Source of the DNA: Convolutriloba macropyga | Taxonomy: Eukaryota | Length of the DNA stretch: 64,000 bases | Assembly (NCBI RefSeq): GCF_964194025.1 | Contig: NC_134469.1 | Location: 43,462,001 to 43,526,000 of the forward strand | Reading direction: 5' to 3' | Part shown: in pieces, positions 60,175 through 64,000 of the stretch | Position numbering within the stretch: position 1 is the stretch's first letter | Layout of the letters: each line of letters begins with the position of its first letter | Notes under the pieces: model-generated | What the model was told of the DNA's origin: nothing | The model's database searches: none | What the model saw: the letters and a program-made list of their open reading frames with translations, nothing else | Translations under genes and position numbers: made by a program

Positions 60175-62079
60175 CAATAAAAATTTAAATACAATTGGTG
60201 TATATGGGCCTTAGGACGATGTAAATATGGCCTCCAAACATTAGGTCTAAAGAAACAGACAACAAAAAACGCGTTCAACTCTCAAAATGTTAAAACTTCA
60301 TATTTTAAAAACATCGATTGTGCAGTCGCGAAAGCCGCAAGCTGTTTACGGCAAAGATTTTTTGGTTTTCAAGGCACCAGTACAACTTAAATGGTATTTG
60401 TTATTAGTGCGACTAAATACAATGCAACAGAAAGAAACAACACGCTCAAAACCAAAAGTGCGAATTTTTAGTGAGAACACTTTTTGTCAATGTCATAAAA
60501 TTATTAGACAATAACAATACCTAATATTGCTAATCAAGAGCCGCATTTTGGGATCAATGGAAACTTTAAGTAATGGGCCTGGACGATAAAACGATATAAA
60601 GAGCAAAAGATCCGGACAAAACAAAAATTTACAAATTTTATGAGAAAACTTTGTCATAGGCATGAAAATTACAACTGCCATCAACGGGAAATCTTATTGC
60701 TTCTCAGAGAACCTTTTGAAGCTTCAATTGAAGCTTTTACTAATGGGATTAAATCACAAGACAACAGAAACGCAAAGTTCAGGAAAAGCTCAAAAGTTCT
60801 GAAACAATGAAGACGGTCCATTTCCTAACTTCACATAAAAAGTTGATGAACATTTCAAGCTTCAAAGTTGCTCCCGTTTTCTTTTTTGTTACTTTTCGGG
60901 CTTTTCAGGATCTTTCAAATCACTGGTGCAAATTTATCTTCTCATTGAAATAGAGAAATCAAAAAAACTGAGCAGATGAAAAAAAAAACGGCCAAAACAA
61001 TGCAATTCCTATTATGTAATGAAGCTAGCCGCGATGATGCCAACAATAGCCACATTTCTTTATCTTGGTTCTGTTGATAGCTCAATATTAACTTAATTGA
61101 GCAAAATATTTAAAATTTACCCAAATTGAAGCTATGATGGAAGGAAATAACTTTAGGTTGAATTAAATTAGCAAAAAAGCGTAAGAACTGCAGTTCCAAT
61201 ACGTTGTGCTAGACACTTGCGGCTTAACTAGCAGAAGTTGTACTTTATGAGAATTGCTTGAACTGATTTAGGTCAGTTCTCTAGAGAAGTATCAGCAGCT
61301 TTAATTAAATAACAGATTTGATAGTTTTTACGAAAAAGGATAATTTATCAAAAATCACCCACAATTAGTCAAACCAGAACCTTTGTCATTTTAAGAACAT
61401 CAAATAATAGACATCATTAAACATATTTCAAGGTGTTTTAGCAAATTAAAGCGAAGAAGTGAACAAACTTCGTTAACTCGAAGAAAAACGATTTTCGAAA
61501 AACCCTCGTAAGGCGCTTTCGAATGATAGCAACCGTTAACTCTTTACGTTAACTCTAACTTTTTTTTCAATTGTGCTCAGTATAATGTTCAGATTTTGAG
61601 GTTCCGAAAATGATGGCATAATTTAGTGAAAATGACGCATGCTACATAATTTTTTTGGTGACTTTTCTTGTATGTAAAGCTTTTTGTATAATTCTAAATG
61701 TTTCTTGTTATTGCAAGATCAGAAGATGAAGGTCTCGAGAGGAAATGTCTAAATGTCTTCATCGTATTTTTTCAAAAAATGAACGCTATTTTAGGGACTG
61801 ATTGATTTCTGGCTCTAAGTTATTCAGTCATAATGTTAAATCACTGCTTCTCGTCATACCTATTGCTTTTGACAAATGATGAACAGTGATGATGATTAAA
61901 ACATATGGGAAGATTTTGTTCAAGACTTTTGATTGAATCTGCAGTTGCACTGAAGTATATCTGATCGAAAAGCCTATCAAGTTTAGCCTCGTTAAAACAA
62001 ATAGACCTAACCACCTTCAACTGCAGTCTAAATAAAAAGAACAATAGCGTATGCAGTCAAATATGCACTTTTTTTAACT

Positions 62080-64000
62080 ATTTAAGAAAGAAAGAAAGAA
62101 AGAAAGAATAAATTTCTCCAAATATTAGACAGCAAATTAAATCAATTTAATTAAAACAATTACTTAATCATATAACATAACAACAAAACGTATCTCGGAG
62201 AGGACAGATAGACGGGGTTATTAAACCCACCTAGTATCTGCCCTGGCTAAAGTTAAATAGTTACAGTTAAATATTTAACATTCCATGACCAGGTCACCGG
62301 TGCCAACGCCTAGGCAAACAAACCTCAGAACGCTGTCATAGAGACATGAACAAGGAACAATGCTTAATCGGAAGAACGACTAACACTGTGTCTTTGCTAA
62401 CGAGAGAGACGTTGATTCCTAGCTACTATGTATCAAATAAATAAAAAAAAATTTTTTCTGCAGTTCGATTTTCTTGGTCGATTTTCTATGTGTAGACTCC
62501 GTTATTTTGCAAAAATAATACCATTTTTGAAACCTCGGCACTTACGAAGTAAGTGCCGAAACAATTTTTGACTGGAGTTAATGGAAAAGAAAAGAGAAAA
62601 AAAAATATTTAAAAATATAGGATACTAGCTCCTCATTATTCAGCAAGTAACTTTCTTTGAATTTATGATAAAATTGCGATATTTTTTGCCAATTTTCGTC
62701 TTCAATATTTTGTGCTAGAACTTCATTCTTTCTCAGTATGTTAAATAACCTTGCACAACGATATGAAATAGAGGATCGCTCAAACTGCTTTTTAAAGGAG
62801 GGAATTTTTAGGTAATTTTTGGTAGACCTTCTAGTGTTTCTGGTACTATGCTCATATTCAAAGAGTTCATTTAGATAAGTTTCGCTATGCATCTTTTTCA
62901 ATGATTTCAGGACAAATTTCAGCAGCTCATATAAATGAAACTCGAATACTGTTAGCAATTTATTAGAGATAAAAATGTCCCTGGAACTACCTGACAATTT
63001 CCTGAAGTAAATGAATTTTAAAATTTTTTTCTGCAGATTGTAGATAGGTAAAAGCGACGAATAACTGCAACAGCCATATACCAAAATACCGTATTGAATT
63101 ATTGGGTTAACATTGCTTCGGTAGTAATCAATTAACTGTTTTCGGGGTACATAGTGACGCAGCTTACATATAATACCACACTGTTTTGAGAGTCTTTTCT
63201 TAATATATTCTATATGTGATTGAAAGCTTAACTTACTATCTACCAAGATTTCGAGATACTTACAAAGATTTCCAACTTCAATAAAAACATCATCAAACTT
63301 AAACACTGATTTGGAAGCACTAATTTTGTTCCCTATATTCATTTGTACGGTTTTTTCCATATTTAGTATTAACTTATTAGCAATCAACCAATTATTGATG
63401 TTCTGCAGATCTTCTTGCACTGAATTATTGTCTTTATTGATTGCGGTGAGGTTTGTATCATCCGCAAATAAAATAACATCAAGAGATTTGCAAACTGTTG
63501 GCAGATCATTGATATAAATGAGGAACAATAACGGACCCAAAATTGAGCCTTGTGGAACCCCACAAACTATGGAATTCCACGATGAACAGGCCCCATTAAC
63601 AATAACCCGCTGCTGTCTCCCATTTAAGTATGATGTTATCCAAGTTAAAGCTGGGCCCCTTATACCAGTGTTTTCGATCTTTTTTAATTAGATATCGTGC
63701 TCAATGGTATCAAAAGCTTTTTTAAGATCAAGAAAGAAACGGATAACGTTTACATTTTGGCAATTCAATCTTATTTTTTCGACTAATTCAACAAGAGCGT
63801 CAATTGTACTGTGTTTGGCACGAAACCCAAATTGCTTATTGAAAAGCAAATTATGATGTTCCATGTAGGCATTTATGCGAATGAACAAAGCACGTTCTAT
63901 AATTTTACTCCAAACAATTAGAAGAGAAATTGGTCTGTAGTTATTTTCATCAAGTTTTGATCCATCCTTGTGAAGGGGAATTACTTTAGCCTTTTTCAGA
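62080..64000 (-). mobile_element. LINE (L2/Crack-like) RT with one in-frame stop, long 3' UTR and (TTTC)n tail; continues past the window edge
   Basis: NYRPISLL, QFGFR, DLKKAFD, GVPQGSILGP and FADDT; AAAG repeats at 62083-62106. Confidence 0.92.

Noticed and set aside
44605-62000. MFSD11 exon 6 and the many 60-130 aa Phe/Leu/Lys-rich ORFs
   Set aside because: No phase-2 exon resembling the expected GN-containing helix was found; the short ORFs reflect T-rich repeat composition.

Overview
AT-rich eukaryotic (animal-like) genomic DNA with three assembly gaps (3340-3471, 12698-12989, 21445-21643). The main discovery lies on the gap-bounded contig 3472-12697. Two apparently separate ORFs (8730-10169, 10509-12146) join in frame through a canonical 369-nt GT-AG intron (10166-10534) into one intact ~1008-aa protein: SUV4-20/Set9-type SET histone H4K20 methyltransferase, acidic repeat linker, two Zn fingers, tyrosine recombinase (R-K-NxxR-H-Y) and a Myb-like tail. 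This looks like a Crypton-like tyrosine-recombinase mobile element carrying its own chromatin writer. The same contig has a recurring dyad motif (CAAwCGT-N3-ACrATTG) in the upstream region, intron and 3' end, a loxP-like 13-8-13 site near its left end, tandem-repeat arrays, and a divergently oriented gypsy integrase relic lacking its DDE core. The rest of the window holds decayed CR1/L2-group LINEs, an RT-deleted Penelope-like element, a MITE and several Helentron-like non-autonomous (HINE-like) families. Many of these sit inside the introns of a host UNC93-like MFSD11 gene, of which five coding exons (26820-44604) were read by eye; the ORF track misses them. All family assignments are from motif recognition, not database searches.
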